From NCBI GenBank assembly GCA_038046605.1, contig JBBSVW010000073.1:11023-75022 (forward strand): a stretch of 64,000 nucleotides of DNA, read 5' to 3'. Each line of letters opens with the position of its first letter. The first letter of the stretch is position 1. Shown here piece by piece: positions 1 to 10,469 of this stretch. The notes beneath the pieces are model-generated. The model made no database searches, had not been told where the DNA came from, and was given only the letters and a program-made list of their open reading frames with translations. The stretch is from Candidatus Micrarchaeota archaeon (lineage in GTDB: Archaea > Micrarchaeota > Micrarchaeia > Norongarragalinales > SBBD01). Made by a program: the position numbers and the translations under genes.

Positions 1-986
1 CAAGGCATCACCATGAAAGTTTCAGGACCGACCTCTGGTATGGCAAAACCCATCTTAAGGGCTTTTCCATCCATGCAAAAGTCCATCGGCCGGACATAAT
101 GGGCGGATCCCAAGTGATGGCGACATTTTTAGCCGAGCATCCGGAATATTACAAAGGCTTCCATGCGCTTGACATGGGCTGCGGCTCTGGCATCCTAGGC
201 ACGGTCATGGCGAAAAACGGGGCCTACAAAGTGGTGATGGCTGACAACTCCCGCCCAGCGGTTGCAAATAGCCAGGAAAACATCGAAAACTTCGGCCTTA
301 AGGATAGGGCTAGCGCCATTGAAAGCGACCTCTTTTCGAAAATCAAGGGCAAATCCCACCTAATCGTTTTCAACCATCCCTTCTTTCCCGGAGATCCTGC
401 GGATTATAGGGATAGCCCGGCGGCAGCAACCATGCTTGATGAGGGTTCCTTGCTCAAACGGTTCCTTAGAGATGCTCATAAGCACCTATTGCCCGGGGGC
501 AGAATCCTCATGCCCTTTTTCCACCTTGCAGGCGAGACCAGCAATCCCGAAATCCGTGCAAAGGAGCATGGCTATGATGTAAAGAAAGTATTCGGCACTA
601 ATTCGACGGATTCCATTCAAAAGGGGGAAATCTCAATTTACGAGCTCACCCTAAAAGCGCATTCCGACCTAGCAGCTGCAAGGGAACATCCCATAGTAAA
701 ATTGGCAATTTCCCCGATAAATTCGCGCACGCGCCTTTTTGCATCGGTGATTGGCAATGGCAGGAAGGCGATATTAAAGGTTGAATCGCCCGTTGCCTCC
801 GACCTGATTAAGGCATTGCATAGGAATGATATTCGATCAAGCGAAATTACCAGTACACTTAAAACCAAATACCATAGGATAATTGTCCATAATTTGGACG
901 AGCCTTCGGCTTCCCTGATAAATGCCCTGAGGGTAATTAGGGATGAAAAAAATATGTTGCGTCAAGGGAAAAAGAAGGAAAAATAA
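1..986 (+). CDS. Class I SAM-dependent methyltransferase (HemK/PrmC-like), 5'-truncated by window edge, with ~110-aa C-terminal extension
   Basis: LDMGCGSGILG motif I and VFNHPF (NPPY-like) motif. The frame is open from base 3 up to the ATG at 99, so the true start is probably upstream of the window. Confidence 0.8.
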   Translation, partial: RHHHESFRTDLWYGKTHLKGFSIHAKVHRPDIMGGSQVMATFLAEHPEYYKGFHALDMGCGSGILGTVMAKNGAYKVVMADNSRPAVANSQENIENFGLKDRASAIESDLFSKIKGKSHLIVFNHPFFPGDPADYRDSPAAATMLDEGSLLKRFLRDAHKHLLPGGRILMPFFHLAGETSNPEIRAKEHGYDVKKVFGTNSTDSIQKGEISIYELTLKAHSDLAAAREHPIVKLAISPINSRTRLFASVIGNGRKAILKVESPVASDLIKALHRNDIRSSEITSTLKTKYHRIIVHNLDEPSASLINALRVIRDEKNMLRQGKKKEK

Positions 987-997
987 TAAAGAGGGAT

Positions 998-1324
998 TTA
1001 CCTCTTCGAGGTCGCATCCTCCTTCATGATCATCTTCACAATCATGAAAACGACAAATGCCACGACCAGGAAATCGATCAGCACTCCAAGGAAATCGCCG
1101 TACTTGAAGGAATTTGTGACCGTCCCATCGGCGGCCTTTGCAAGCACAATCTCCCATGTTCTCCAATCGCCGCCGGGCGTTACGATGGAAACAAGGGGCA
1201 TGATGAAATCCGCAACCAGTGCGGTCACCAATTTCCCTGCTGCCGCGCCTATGATGAATGCAACCGCAAGCCCAAGCACCTGGTATTTTTTCAAAAATTC
1301 CTTAAACTCGCCTGTAAAACGCAT
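998..1324 (-). CDS. mscL: Large-conductance mechanosensitive channel MscL family
   Basis: EFKEFL..YQVLGLAVAFIIGAA..KLVTALVADFIMP and YGDFLGVLIDF signatures; start moved to ATG 1324. Confidence 0.9.
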   Translation of the reverse strand: MRFTGEFKEFLKKYQVLGLAVAFIIGAAAGKLVTALVADFIMPLVSIVTPGGDWRTWEIVLAKAADGTVTNSFKYGDFLGVLIDFLVVAFVVFMIVKMIMKEDATSKR

Positions 1325-1430
1325 TATTCCCCGCCTCAAGTATTGGATGTAACGGGAAGAACGTGGAAATTTATAAACCTAAAGCGTGTATTCAATTCCC
1401 CCTTCAATAAGCGAATATTTGGCGATTCCC

Positions 1431-1994
1431 ATGCTCGACCTCCAGATGATCCTCAAAATAAGCTTCCTGCTAAATCCCCTCTCCTCCATACCCGTTCTTT
1501 TTGTTGCCTACCACCAAAAACTCAATGTGAAATCAATTGCATTCAAATCGGTGCTGCTAGGCTTTGCGGTCGCAATTGCATTCGTTTTGATTGGGCCATA
1601 CCTTTTCAATATCTATGGGATCGATATCAATTCCTTCAGGGCAGCCGGAGGGCTTGTCATCCTCCTATTGGGTTTGAGCATGGCGCGCGAAAAGAAGGAC
1701 TATTCCTCCGAACACCCAGACGCCCTTGTTTCCCTCATAGCAACTCCCCTGCTAACGGGTCCAGCCACGATGTCATTCCTAATTCTCACTGCAGCTGAAG
1801 TAGGTGTAAGCTCAGTTCTTGCCAATCTTGTGTTCTCATTCCTGATAGTCGGCTCATTTTTCGTGGTAATTGCTTATATGATCCCGCATGTCAATTTGGA
1901 ATACGTGCGCTTTGTCAGCCGCCTCCTTGGCCTGTTTCTCATCGCGCTTGGATTGGAAATGATGGTTTTGGGGCTCAAGGCAATTGCGTTTTGA
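1431..1994 (+). CDS. MarC family integral membrane protein
   Basis: LLNPLSSIP, FRAAGGL, ATPLLTGPATMS and RLLGLFLIALGLEM motifs; hydrophobic throughout. Confidence 0.85.
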   Translation: MLDLQMILKISFLLNPLSSIPVLFVAYHQKLNVKSIAFKSVLLGFAVAIAFVLIGPYLFNIYGIDINSFRAAGGLVILLLGLSMAREKKDYSSEHPDALVSLIATPLLTGPATMSFLILTAAEVGVSSVLANLVFSFLIVGSFFVVIAYMIPHVNLEYVRFVSRLLGLFLIALGLEMMVLGLKAIAF

Positions 1995-2147
1995 AAAAAT
2001 TGGTGCAATGCTTTTCCCCAGCATAAGCTCGCTTTTACATTTTTTACGCGGTACACATTTAGCGCCTCCGACCCGGATTGGTTTTTGCTTACGCCCCCAC
2101 TTTAGAGTTACATATCGATTAAAAACGATCTCCGATATTACCTAATC

Positions 2148-2945
2148 ATGATAAAGTTACCTGCAATATTTGCGCTTGCTGTTTTTTCAATTCTACTCTT
2201 TGGCTGCACCCAAACTTCTCCGGACAACACCCCCAAGGGCTCCTATTTTGAAATCGTCCGGGAGGGCAAGGCGCTTGGGGATCTTGGCTCAAAGGAATAC
2301 CTCCTAACTGGCGAAGGCCTTCTTCTTCGCAAAATAAAGGTGGAATTTTCCGGTAGGCCTCCGCTCCCAACGGACATTTCAATTTGGCGCATTCCAAAGG
2401 AGAATGCAGTTCCTCTCATGCTGCAGGTAAGGGGTGAAACAAAATCCGTATTCGAGGAGTGCGACAATTGCGCAACCTACCATCTCTTCTATGGTGATTC
2501 GACCGGAATCAAGGTTTTTGAGGCGCCGGAATACAAGACGCCCAAATTCATAACCGATCTTCCCGGAAGGATGGAAGACATCATCAAAACGGCGGCAAGG
2601 GAAGAAACGTTTTTTGCCTCCATGGTCTATTCGAAAAGGGGGATAATTTACGATTACCACATTTTTGGTGACGGAACAGTCATTTATGAGGAATTTGGCT
2701 ATTCCCCCGCGACAATGGCAAATGCCAAAGTGCAAAGGATGAATACGGGGCAATTTTTCACCACAATCCCCGATGCATTCTTTGAGGAAAAGGATTCTGG
2801 GAATGGCTGCAACCGTGACGGCTTCGATTACGGCTATGTTGAGATCGCAAAGGGCGAAAAAACCAACTTCATTTTCACCTGCGGAAATGGGCAAAACCCT
2901 TCCGATCTTGTTTTTAATCAATTGATGAATTTGGTGGAAAAATGA
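2148..2945 (+). CDS. Hypothetical secreted lipoprotein-like protein
   Basis: Hydrophobic N-terminus ending LLFGC (lipobox-like); long ORF. Confidence 0.7.
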   Translation: MIKLPAIFALAVFSILLFGCTQTSPDNTPKGSYFEIVREGKALGDLGSKEYLLTGEGLLLRKIKVEFSGRPPLPTDISIWRIPKENAVPLMLQVRGETKSVFEECDNCATYHLFYGDSTGIKVFEAPEYKTPKFITDLPGRMEDIIKTAAREETFFASMVYSKRGIIYDYHIFGDGTVIYEEFGYSPATMANAKVQRMNTGQFFTTIPDAFFEEKDSGNGCNRDGFDYGYVEIAKGEKTNFIFTCGNGQNPSDLVFNQLMNLVEK

Positions 2946-2964
2946 TTGCAAATTACTTGGTGGT

Positions 2965-3969
2965 GTGCAAATGAGGCAATTAACTCTCGTTTCAATTTTC
3001 CTCCTTATCGCCATTAGTTTTGTTCATGCAATCGTAATCATCCCGCCGGTTGTTTATTTTGTGACCCTATCAATTAGCACCTTCATCTCAAGCTCGGTTG
3101 TTTCCCTCCTCCTCTTTGGCGCCCTTAAGGGCTTTGCTGATAGGAAATACTTCGGCAAATCCCTATTTGACATATTGCAAAAAATCAAGTCCGGAGTTTC
3201 AACATTCATCATGGCAATATCGTGCATGTTTCTTGCGCTTCTTGCCATTTATCCGATTGATTTGGAAAGCACCCTTATTGCGGCGGCCATTTCCGCGGCA
3301 TTGTTCCTCCTCCTAAAATTCGTTTTTTCACTTAGGGAATTTGGCGCTTTGGGAAGCTCCAAAAAGCGATCCCTTCTAATCAGCTGGCTGGCCCTAGCCC
3401 TATTCATCGGCATCGCGTTTTCATTTTCTGCCCTCCTTTCCATCCAATCCTATCGTGTAATTACCGGATCTGGCGGCGGCTATCCCTCCCAGCAGGCCGA
3501 AAAAAGCCCCCTTGCGCCGCTTGCAGAATTGCTAACCGGTCAAGGCGCGCCATCATCTGCGGAAAGCCAAAATTTGCTTATTGCCCCAACAGAAAGTAAA
3601 AAATCATCATCAGTGCCTTCTGAAGCGCAGGGTAGCGAATTAATTGGGGCCATTCAAGCACCTTCCCCATCCAAGGCAGCGGCATCCCCAACATCGGCTC
3701 CCGCTTCTTTGCCGGAGCAAAAAATATGGTTCATCCCCCAAAGCGCAGCGCCATGCACCATTTTTGCGGATTCTTCCGTGCAATCCTTCACTCCTTCCTA
3801 TTCGTGCCTCTCGGAGGAAAACGGCAAAAGACAACGCATCTTTTGCCCCGTTTATATTTCCCACGACCAGGTACCGATGAGAGGGGAAGTTGAATTCAAG
3901 GCAACGGGTTCATGCGTTGGGGTTGTCATGACAATTGTGGCTGAAAACGGATTTGAAAACATAAGGTAA
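2965..3969 (+). CDS. Hypothetical multi-pass membrane protein with Ser/Ala/Pro-rich linker and Cys-containing C-terminal domain
   Basis: About 5 hydrophobic segments, then a low-complexity linker; closely packed with its neighbours. Confidence 0.7.
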   Translation: MQMRQLTLVSIFLLIAISFVHAIVIIPPVVYFVTLSISTFISSSVVSLLLFGALKGFADRKYFGKSLFDILQKIKSGVSTFIMAISCMFLALLAIYPIDLESTLIAAAISAALFLLLKFVFSLREFGALGSSKKRSLLISWLALALFIGIAFSFSALLSIQSYRVITGSGGGYPSQQAEKSPLAPLAELLTGQGAPSSAESQNLLIAPTESKKSSSVPSEAQGSELIGAIQAPSPSKAAASPTSAPASLPEQKIWFIPQSAAPCTIFADSSVQSFTPSYSCLSEENGKRQRIFCPVYISHDQVPMRGEVEFKATGSCVGVVMTIVAENGFENIR

Positions 3970-3975
3970 TCGTAC

Positions 3976-5364
3976 ATGGATATCGGGCAACTTGATTTGG
4001 ACCTGGCAAATGCCGCCAAACGCAATATTATCTTCGGAAAAGAGCCCCTTGTGCTTGCACGAACCGAAAATTCCGACCTCCTATCGGCATCCAAGGAATC
4101 CGGAGTTGAATTCTTTGAACGCGTTTTTTCTTCAGATGGGCCGCTTTGGCGCATGTACCAGGAAGCCCGCCTTGGCTACCTCCCGGAAAATGCCTCCCAC
4201 CTCAATTTTATTGCGGGAAGGATGTATTTCCTTAGGAATGTTGAGAAAAAATACCTGCGATCCTCCGGCATGGAAAAAAATTATGCGTGGAGTGATGGAA
4301 AATTAACGGAATTTGCGCCCATCTCCCCCCAAAACGCCCTTCTGTTCATCTCATCGCCATTTGGAATGCTCTCGCAGGCGCTCGACATTTCCTTGCTTCC
4401 CCTCTATGTTGACGAAAAGATGCGCGAATTTGGCACCTTCAAGGAAAAAACCCTGCGCTATTATTCCGAGCACAAGGGTTCAACTGCGCATCCGGTGGAA
4501 CTGGCAAAAGAATCGCTGGCAAATGCCGTGCAATCGATGCACTATTCGTTTATTTCATCCCTTGCCGCCGCATTCAAAATCAAAATGCGCAATTCCGGGC
4601 AATGGGGGGTTTGCGAAGCCGAAACGCTATTTCATCTATTGGAGAAGGGCGATATTGATGGGGCAGCAAGGCAATACGGATTCCATTCGGTTTCCCCCTA
4701 CGACATATCCGCTGCAAGATTCCACGAGGATCTCAAATATGCCAAAAGAAAGCCCGTTCCCTTCCCTCTGGATCCCTATGCGCGCCTGCGTGAGAACGCC
4801 AAATTCCAATGCTCCCGCTACCTTGATTTGATGCGTGATGCATATGTTTCAATTGGCGAGGAATCCGGCATTGGCGGGCTTGTGTTCTACTTGAAAACCG
4901 ACGAATTGGAATCCACCATAGCCGACCCCCGCAAATGGAAGGAGGAGGCGCAAAGAAGGAAAAAGGAATATGATGGATGGGCGGGGCTGGATTTGCCTGA
5001 TACCTTTGTTTATGCAAATGGTGCTTGGGTCGAATACGCGGAGAAATCGCCCTCTATAGTTGGAATTCCGGCAGGCGCCCCGATGGAGGCAAAGGGCGAA
5101 GCTGTTTTCATCAACGAGGAAAAGGATTATTCCAAAAGCGTTGGCGGTAAAATCATCATCTCAAAAACTTTCTCCCCAAACCTTGCCTCGATCTTGAAGG
5201 GTTCAGCCGGAATAATCAGCTCATCCGGAGGGGTGCTTGCACATACGGCAATAATTGCCAGGGAGATGGGAATTCCGTGCATAGTTTCAGCTAAAGGCGT
5301 TGATGGCATAAAGGAAGGGCAAATCGTAACAATTGATGGAAAAAGTGGCAAGATTTCCATTTGA
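3976..5364 (+). CDS. Protein with C-terminal PEP-utilising enzyme mobile (phospho-His swivel) domain
   Basis: GGVLAHTAIIAREMGIPCIV...VTIDGKSGKI. Confidence 0.85.
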   Translation: MDIGQLDLDLANAAKRNIIFGKEPLVLARTENSDLLSASKESGVEFFERVFSSDGPLWRMYQEARLGYLPENASHLNFIAGRMYFLRNVEKKYLRSSGMEKNYAWSDGKLTEFAPISPQNALLFISSPFGMLSQALDISLLPLYVDEKMREFGTFKEKTLRYYSEHKGSTAHPVELAKESLANAVQSMHYSFISSLAAAFKIKMRNSGQWGVCEAETLFHLLEKGDIDGAARQYGFHSVSPYDISAARFHEDLKYAKRKPVPFPLDPYARLRENAKFQCSRYLDLMRDAYVSIGEESGIGGLVFYLKTDELESTIADPRKWKEEAQRRKKEYDGWAGLDLPDTFVYANGAWVEYAEKSPSIVGIPAGAPMEAKGEAVFINEEKDYSKSVGGKIIISKTFSPNLASILKGSAGIISSSGGVLAHTAIIAREMGIPCIVSAKGVDGIKEGQIVTIDGKSGKISI

Positions 5365-5476
5365 ATTCTAAAGTGTTTTGTTTGAGCTCAAATAAGTCCC
5401 ATCTGATCACTAATCTTGAATTTCCTCCTTCGCGAAACTCTTATTAATCGGCTTTTTCATATTCTCCTGATGCTAT

Positions 5477-5569
5477 ATGGAACTTGACAAGCTTGATAAG
5501 ATTTTTTGGGTTGGGCTGATACTGGCAGCAATAATACTGTACTTTTGGCTTAAGTCGTTTTTCGGCTAG
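5477..5569 (+). CDS. Putative 30-aa single-pass membrane microprotein (MELDKLDKIFWVGLILAAIILYFWLKSFFG)
   Basis: Read directly from sequence; below the ORF-track cutoff; fills an intergenic gap and has one clean TM helix. Confidence 0.5.
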   Translation: MELDKLDKIFWVGLILAAIILYFWLKSFFG

Positions 5570-5637
5570 TTAAGCTCCCACTTAAGCATTGCAAAACCGA
5601 TATATTCGCCCCTTTGGCTAACTATTGCGTGGTCTAT

Positions 5638-6318
5638 ATGGACATGAAACTTAACAAAAGGAAAGAAATGGGAAAGCGCAGCATAGGCATATTGCTATTG
5701 ATGCTTGTTGCAATAGGCGCCCTCTATTACCAGAACGTGATCTCATTTGATGCATTTTATACTTTACAAGGGGGGCAAATCCAGCCTCTTGATGGCCCGC
5801 CCCTCCTAAGCGCTAGCTCCAATTCGCAGGCGCAAAAGGATGCCATTGCGCAGGATGCGGCAATTGGGGCGGATCAGAAACGAATCGCAGCGCCACTTGC
5901 GGCTCCAGCCGCACTTGCAATTGAATCACAGGCGCAAACAATCACAACGGAAACCTACCGTGAAAAAGGCGCCCTTCAGGATCCGGGCCTATATTATGCG
6001 GCAATTGGGATCGTAGGCTTGCTGTTGTTCATGAGCATATTCAAGGTCTCATTCCAAAGCGCGGCGGTTTTTGATTCGGATATTTTCAAAACCCTCTCTT
6101 CGGAAACTCGCGTTGAGATGCTCTACGCTCTCCAGGAAAGAAGGAAAACACTCTCCGAGCTGGCATTGCAGGCGGGCATTTCCCTTCCCGGTGCAAAGCA
6201 GCACCTGGCCCTTCTTGAAACCAAGGGACTGGTTAGGAAAATGGATGAAGGAAGGAAGTGGAAGTACTATGAGCTAACGGATCAGGGAAAGAGCATAATC
6301 GCCGAGCGTTTTTCCTAA
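5638..6318 (+). CDS. Membrane-anchored ArsR-like winged-helix transcriptional regulator (start uncertain)
   Basis: Two hydrophobic segments, then FKTLSSETRVEML...TLSELA...KQHLALLETKGLV..KWKYYELT. Confidence 0.8.
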   Translation: MDMKLNKRKEMGKRSIGILLLMLVAIGALYYQNVISFDAFYTLQGGQIQPLDGPPLLSASSNSQAQKDAIAQDAAIGADQKRIAAPLAAPAALAIESQAQTITTETYREKGALQDPGLYYAAIGIVGLLLFMSIFKVSFQSAAVFDSDIFKTLSSETRVEMLYALQERRKTLSELALQAGISLPGAKQHLALLETKGLVRKMDEGRKWKYYELTDQGKSIIAERFS

Positions 6319-6415
6319 ATTAGGTTTGAATGGAAAAAACCCATAATTGAACTATTTTCCCTATTTGCGCCAAACCCTAGCCGTAAAATTTCTTCCCGCC
6401 TCCATAGCCAATTTA

Positions 6416-6667
6416 TTATTGGGAAGGTGCAAGCGCAAAGGGAAGCGTGAATTCCAGGTATATCTCAATTAGCAAAACCGCGATGAACACGGATACGAAG
6501 GTCACAATCAGCATCAATATCACTTTTGGCGCCTTCTCATACTTGTTTGCCAGCCAATCATAAAAAAAGCTCATCAGGAAGACAAGCGGGAAAACCAGGA
6601 ATGTGGCAACTACCGAAAGGAGGAATATGAGCCACCCCTGCGAGAGCATGAAGGTCAAATCTGCCAT
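6416..6667 (-). CDS. Small hypothetical membrane protein (2 TM)
   Basis: 83-aa hydrophobic ORF filling an intergenic gap. Confidence 0.65.
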   Translation of the reverse strand: MADLTFMLSQGWLIFLLSVVATFLVFPLVFLMSFFYDWLANKYEKAPKVILMLIVTFVSVFIAVLLIEIYLEFTLPFALAPSQ

Positions 6668-6796
6668 GAATTGGTTATTTGCGCCCGATATTTAATACCT
6701 ACTTTTAGGCGAAAAAAATGGTTTGGCAATATAAGCTCCCTTCGCGAACGTTTTATTAACAATTGCTGCATATCCCTATTCCTTCTTGTGGTAAAC

Positions 6797-7375
6797 ATGG
6801 TCGTATTCCAGATAATCGCATTCACCGTTGCTGTCTTCATTGCCAATGTGATTTCAGGGGGGTTAATCAACAATTATTTTGCCCTCACTCCCTCGACATT
6901 CCTAACGCAACCCTGGACAATAGTCACCTCCATATTTCTCCATGGCAATCTCATGCATATTTTCTTCAACATGTTCGGATTGTTCATGTTCGGCCCGTAT
7001 TTGCAGGCAAAAATTGGCACCAAAAACTTCCTTTATTTGTATTTTGCGAGCGGAATAGTTGGCAATATGGGCTATATGATCACTTCCGGCTTTGGCTCAG
7101 TTCCCGTCGTTGGGGCGTCAGGCGCAATTTTTGGCGTGCTTGGGACTTTGGCGATTTTGCAGCCAAACCTCATGATTTTCGTTGGATTCATCCCAATGCC
7201 AATATGGATGGCTTCAATCTTTTGGCTTATTACTGAAACAGTATATGGCTTTGGGCAGCTCCAGGCAGGCGTTGCCAATTTCGCGCACGTCTTTGGCCTT
7301 TTTGGCGGCTTGCTATTTGGGGGTATTTTCAAGAAGCAGATAATTGCAAAAGGCGGATGGCTCCACGATGAATGA
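6797..7375 (+). CDS. Rhomboid family intramembrane serine protease
   Basis: PWTIVTSIFLHG..HIFFNM, catalytic GASGA and AHVFGLFGG; probable start ATG 6797. Confidence 0.92.
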   Translation: MVVFQIIAFTVAVFIANVISGGLINNYFALTPSTFLTQPWTIVTSIFLHGNLMHIFFNMFGLFMFGPYLQAKIGTKNFLYLYFASGIVGNMGYMITSGFGSVPVVGASGAIFGVLGTLAILQPNLMIFVGFIPMPIWMASIFWLITETVYGFGQLQAGVANFAHVFGLFGGLLFGGIFKKQIIAKGGWLHDE

Positions 7376-7438
7376 TTTCTTTTTATCCAAGTAATGTGAT
7401 CCTTCCTTTGCCTTCTGAAATAATAAAAAAAGCGGAAC

Positions 7439-7696
7439 TCATTTGCTTTCCGGATATTTGATGAAGAGCAGCGTCAGGCCGATCACCATGAATATGAGCG
7501 GTAATGGTTCATAGGCGGGATTTGCAATACCGAGATTGTAATTGTTTCCTGCCAATTGATTTAGTATTGCCGACGTATCTGCAGAGTTTAGGTAATAAAT
7601 CGCCTTTATTCCTTCTTTGATGAATTCTGTGAATCCATAAACGAACAATCCGCTTCCAACCAATTTTCCGGCGATTTCAGTCATATTCCATCCCAT
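7439..7696 (-). CDS. Small hypothetical membrane protein
   Basis: 85-aa ORF with two hydrophobic segments. Confidence 0.6.
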   Translation of the reverse strand: MGWNMTEIAGKLVGSGLFVYGFTEFIKEGIKAIYYLNSADTSAILNQLAGNNYNLGIANPAYEPLPLIFMVIGLTLLFIKYPESK

Positions 7697-7821
7697 GCGA
7701 TCACCTATTCAACTAGGCTTAGCCGGTATTAAAACATGACGAAGGCAGGGATGTAATTTCTAAGGGAGCGCCCCCATCGCAAGATTCATATATCGCCCTC
7801 CTCTAATTGTTGTTGATTTCC

Positions 7822-9252
7822 ATGAGCATCTTCAAGGGCTATGACATCCGCGGGGTTTACGGTGAAACGCTAAACGAAAAGATCGCTGTGGGGATTGGCA
7901 AGGCGTTTGCAACGCTCCTGCTGAAAAAAAAGCTCCCAAACCGCAAATTATTCATCGGCAGGGACAATCGCAGATCCTCCCCTGGGCTTAGGAACGCAAT
8001 TGCAAATCCGCTCCATTTCGCGGGCTTTGACATTGTGGATCTGGGCGTGGCTTCCACTCCCCTAGTGCAATATGCCATCTCGCGGGAAAAATGCGCCGGC
8101 GCCGTGATTGTAACTGCCTCCCACAACCCTGCACAATACAACGGCTTCAAACTATACCTGAAAAACCTTCCCCTAATGGGCGCCGATATGCATGGGATGG
8201 AGCGGATTTTCAAGAGCGGAAAGTTCCTCTCGACAGGAAAGCAGGGGCATGAGCTAAGCCGGCCAATTGAGGGGGAATATATCGGGGATGTACTTGGGAG
8301 GGTGCGCCTTTACCGCAAAATGCGCGTTGTGATAGATTCCGGGAATGGCACATGCGGCGCTGTTGCCCGCGAGCTATTGACAAGAATGGGCTGCTCCGTA
8401 ATTTCCCTCTTCGAGGATATGGAAAGCGCGTTCCTCAACCATATTGCAGACCCCCATGACCCCAAAAACCTCAAATGGCTATCCGAAGAGGTCGTAAGGC
8501 AAAGGGCGGATTTAGGCATCGCCTTTGATGGCGATGGCGACCGCGCAGGCTTTGTTGACAATGCAGGAAAACCAATCAGGGAAGATGATGTTGCAATCCT
8601 GTTTTTGAGGCATGAGCTGGAAAAAGCTGGCCGGGATGGGGGCAAAAAAGGATCGATAGGCAAAAAGGTCAAGCTTCCCAAATCGAGCCGATCAATCGTC
8701 TATGATTTGCGCCTTAGCCGGGCAGTTCCCGAAGAAGTGAAAAAACTAAGAGGAAAGCCAATCATGAGCAAGGCCGGAAGGATTGCAATCAGGGAAAATC
8801 TCATCGCGCAAAAAGCGCTTTTCGGAGGGGAGGTTTCGGGCCATTACTTCTTTGCCGACCACTTTGGATTTGATGATGGCATTTACGCCGGCGCGAAAAT
8901 GTGCGAAATTGTCAGCGGGCTTGGAATGCGCCTTTCTGATGCCGTAAAATCCATTTCCCACTACCCGGCGACCCCCGAAATACGCCTCCACTGCGACAAT
9001 GAAAAGAAATTCAAACTGGTTGAAAATGTGAAAAAAATCCTCCGGAAGAAATACGGCTCGAAAATCCTGACAATTGATGGCGTCTACCTCAATTTGGAGG
9101 ATGCATGGGGCCTTCTTCGCGTCTCCAATACCGAGCCTGCAATAACCCTTCGTTTCGAGGGAAAAACGAAAAAGGACTTTAAGGATGTTTATGGGATTTT
9201 TGGGAAGCTACTGAAAGGTGAGGGGATAAAACTGCCTATTCTGCCTACTTAA
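7822..9252 (+). CDS. Phosphomannomutase/phosphoglucomutase
   Basis: IFKGYDIRG, TASHNP phosphoserine loop, FDGDGDR metal loop, GEVSGH, RVSNTEP. Confidence 0.93.
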   Translation: MSIFKGYDIRGVYGETLNEKIAVGIGKAFATLLLKKKLPNRKLFIGRDNRRSSPGLRNAIANPLHFAGFDIVDLGVASTPLVQYAISREKCAGAVIVTASHNPAQYNGFKLYLKNLPLMGADMHGMERIFKSGKFLSTGKQGHELSRPIEGEYIGDVLGRVRLYRKMRVVIDSGNGTCGAVARELLTRMGCSVISLFEDMESAFLNHIADPHDPKNLKWLSEEVVRQRADLGIAFDGDGDRAGFVDNAGKPIREDDVAILFLRHELEKAGRDGGKKGSIGKKVKLPKSSRSIVYDLRLSRAVPEEVKKLRGKPIMSKAGRIAIRENLIAQKALFGGEVSGHYFFADHFGFDDGIYAGAKMCEIVSGLGMRLSDAVKSISHYPATPEIRLHCDNEKKFKLVENVKKILRKKYGSKILTIDGVYLNLEDAWGLLRVSNTEPAITLRFEGKTKKDFKDVYGIFGKLLKGEGIKLPILPT

Positions 9253-10466
9253 TTTTTCTAACTATTCCTTTATTCGCATCCACTTCGAGCATATCGCCGT
9301 CCTTGAAAACCTTCGTTGCAATTTTTGTGCCAACAATGCAGGGTTTTCCAAATTCACGGCTCACAATTGCGGCGTGCGAGAGCAGTCCCCCTTCGTTAGT
9401 AACTATTGCGGCAGCCTTTTCCATCGCCGGAACAAATGCAGGCATCGTAGACGAGGCAACCAATATGTCCCCGTTCATTACCCTGCCTATTTCTGTTATG
9501 GAGTGGATTATAATTGCCTTTCCGATTGCATGACCCGCTGAAACCGCCATTCCCTTCAATTCTGAAATATGGGAGAATTGGCCTACAACCTTGCGTTCCT
9601 TCCGGTTATACCCCCTTAGCTCTTCCCCTTCGTATAATGTGATTTTGCCGCCCTCCCATACGATGGCGCAATCCTTATACCTATCCGCAATCCTTCTTTT
9701 GAACGCGCCATCGAAAACCACATTTTTTTCCAATGCTTCCTTAATTTCAGAACTGCGCATTTCAATTATTTCATTTGTGGAAAGGCCAAGCCTCCTCCCG
9801 ATTTCCTCGAAGAGCCGCTTGCTTTTGTGAGTAAACAAGCCGTAGGTTTCATCCCCTTCCATGGAAAGCCATGTCCAAAGCGATGCGGTCTCAATTTGTG
9901 TTTTCTCCTCCTTTGATAATAGCCAATCGCGCCTAAGTTGTTTACCGTATTCGTCTTTTTGCCTCTGATTTGCCATAAGCCCCAATTCAAGTTTCAGCCC
10001 CTTTTCCAGTATATCCCCTGCGCGTTTCCGGATGCTTTTTTCCGTGTAAGGTTCGCCGTAAAAAACATAATGCCCCAAATGGGCATAATTCGAAACGTGG
10101 GCCTTTATGGCAGAATCGACTGATTGGTCTTGCGCTTCCATCATCCCTGCAATTCCGACTAGGGATTTCCTTTCCTTCACCATGCCCGTTTTCTTTTCCA
10201 TGCTGGTGAGGGCGGAGAGCAGTTCCATCTGCTTGTGGGGGTCCTTTTCCCTCTTGGAGACAATTTCAATTATTAAATCGGGATAGAATCGGTTGATGAT
10301 TATGTATTGGTAGGCCGTGACGTAAACGCGCCTTTGCACATCGCATAGCCTCTCAAATTCCAAAGCCAAGGCTGAATTGGATAATTTATTCCAATTTGTT
10401 CCTTCCAACTTGTGGCATTCCCCCTTAAACGCCTTTATCCATTCCTCCGCGTGCCTGCCGGTCTTA
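9245..10466 (-). pseudogene. PEP-utilising mobile-domain protein, 3' part (interrupted by IS630)
   Basis: TNEGGLLSHAAIVSREFGKPCIVGT...VDANKG; reading frame runs up to the IS boundary. Confidence 0.85.
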
Positions 10467-10469
10467 TAG

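Noticed and set aside
8610-8700. Lys/Gly-rich loop with a GGCAAAAA(A)GG direct repeat in the phosphomannomutase
   Set aside because: In frame and short; consistent with an ordinary surface-loop expansion, not a mobile element or intein.
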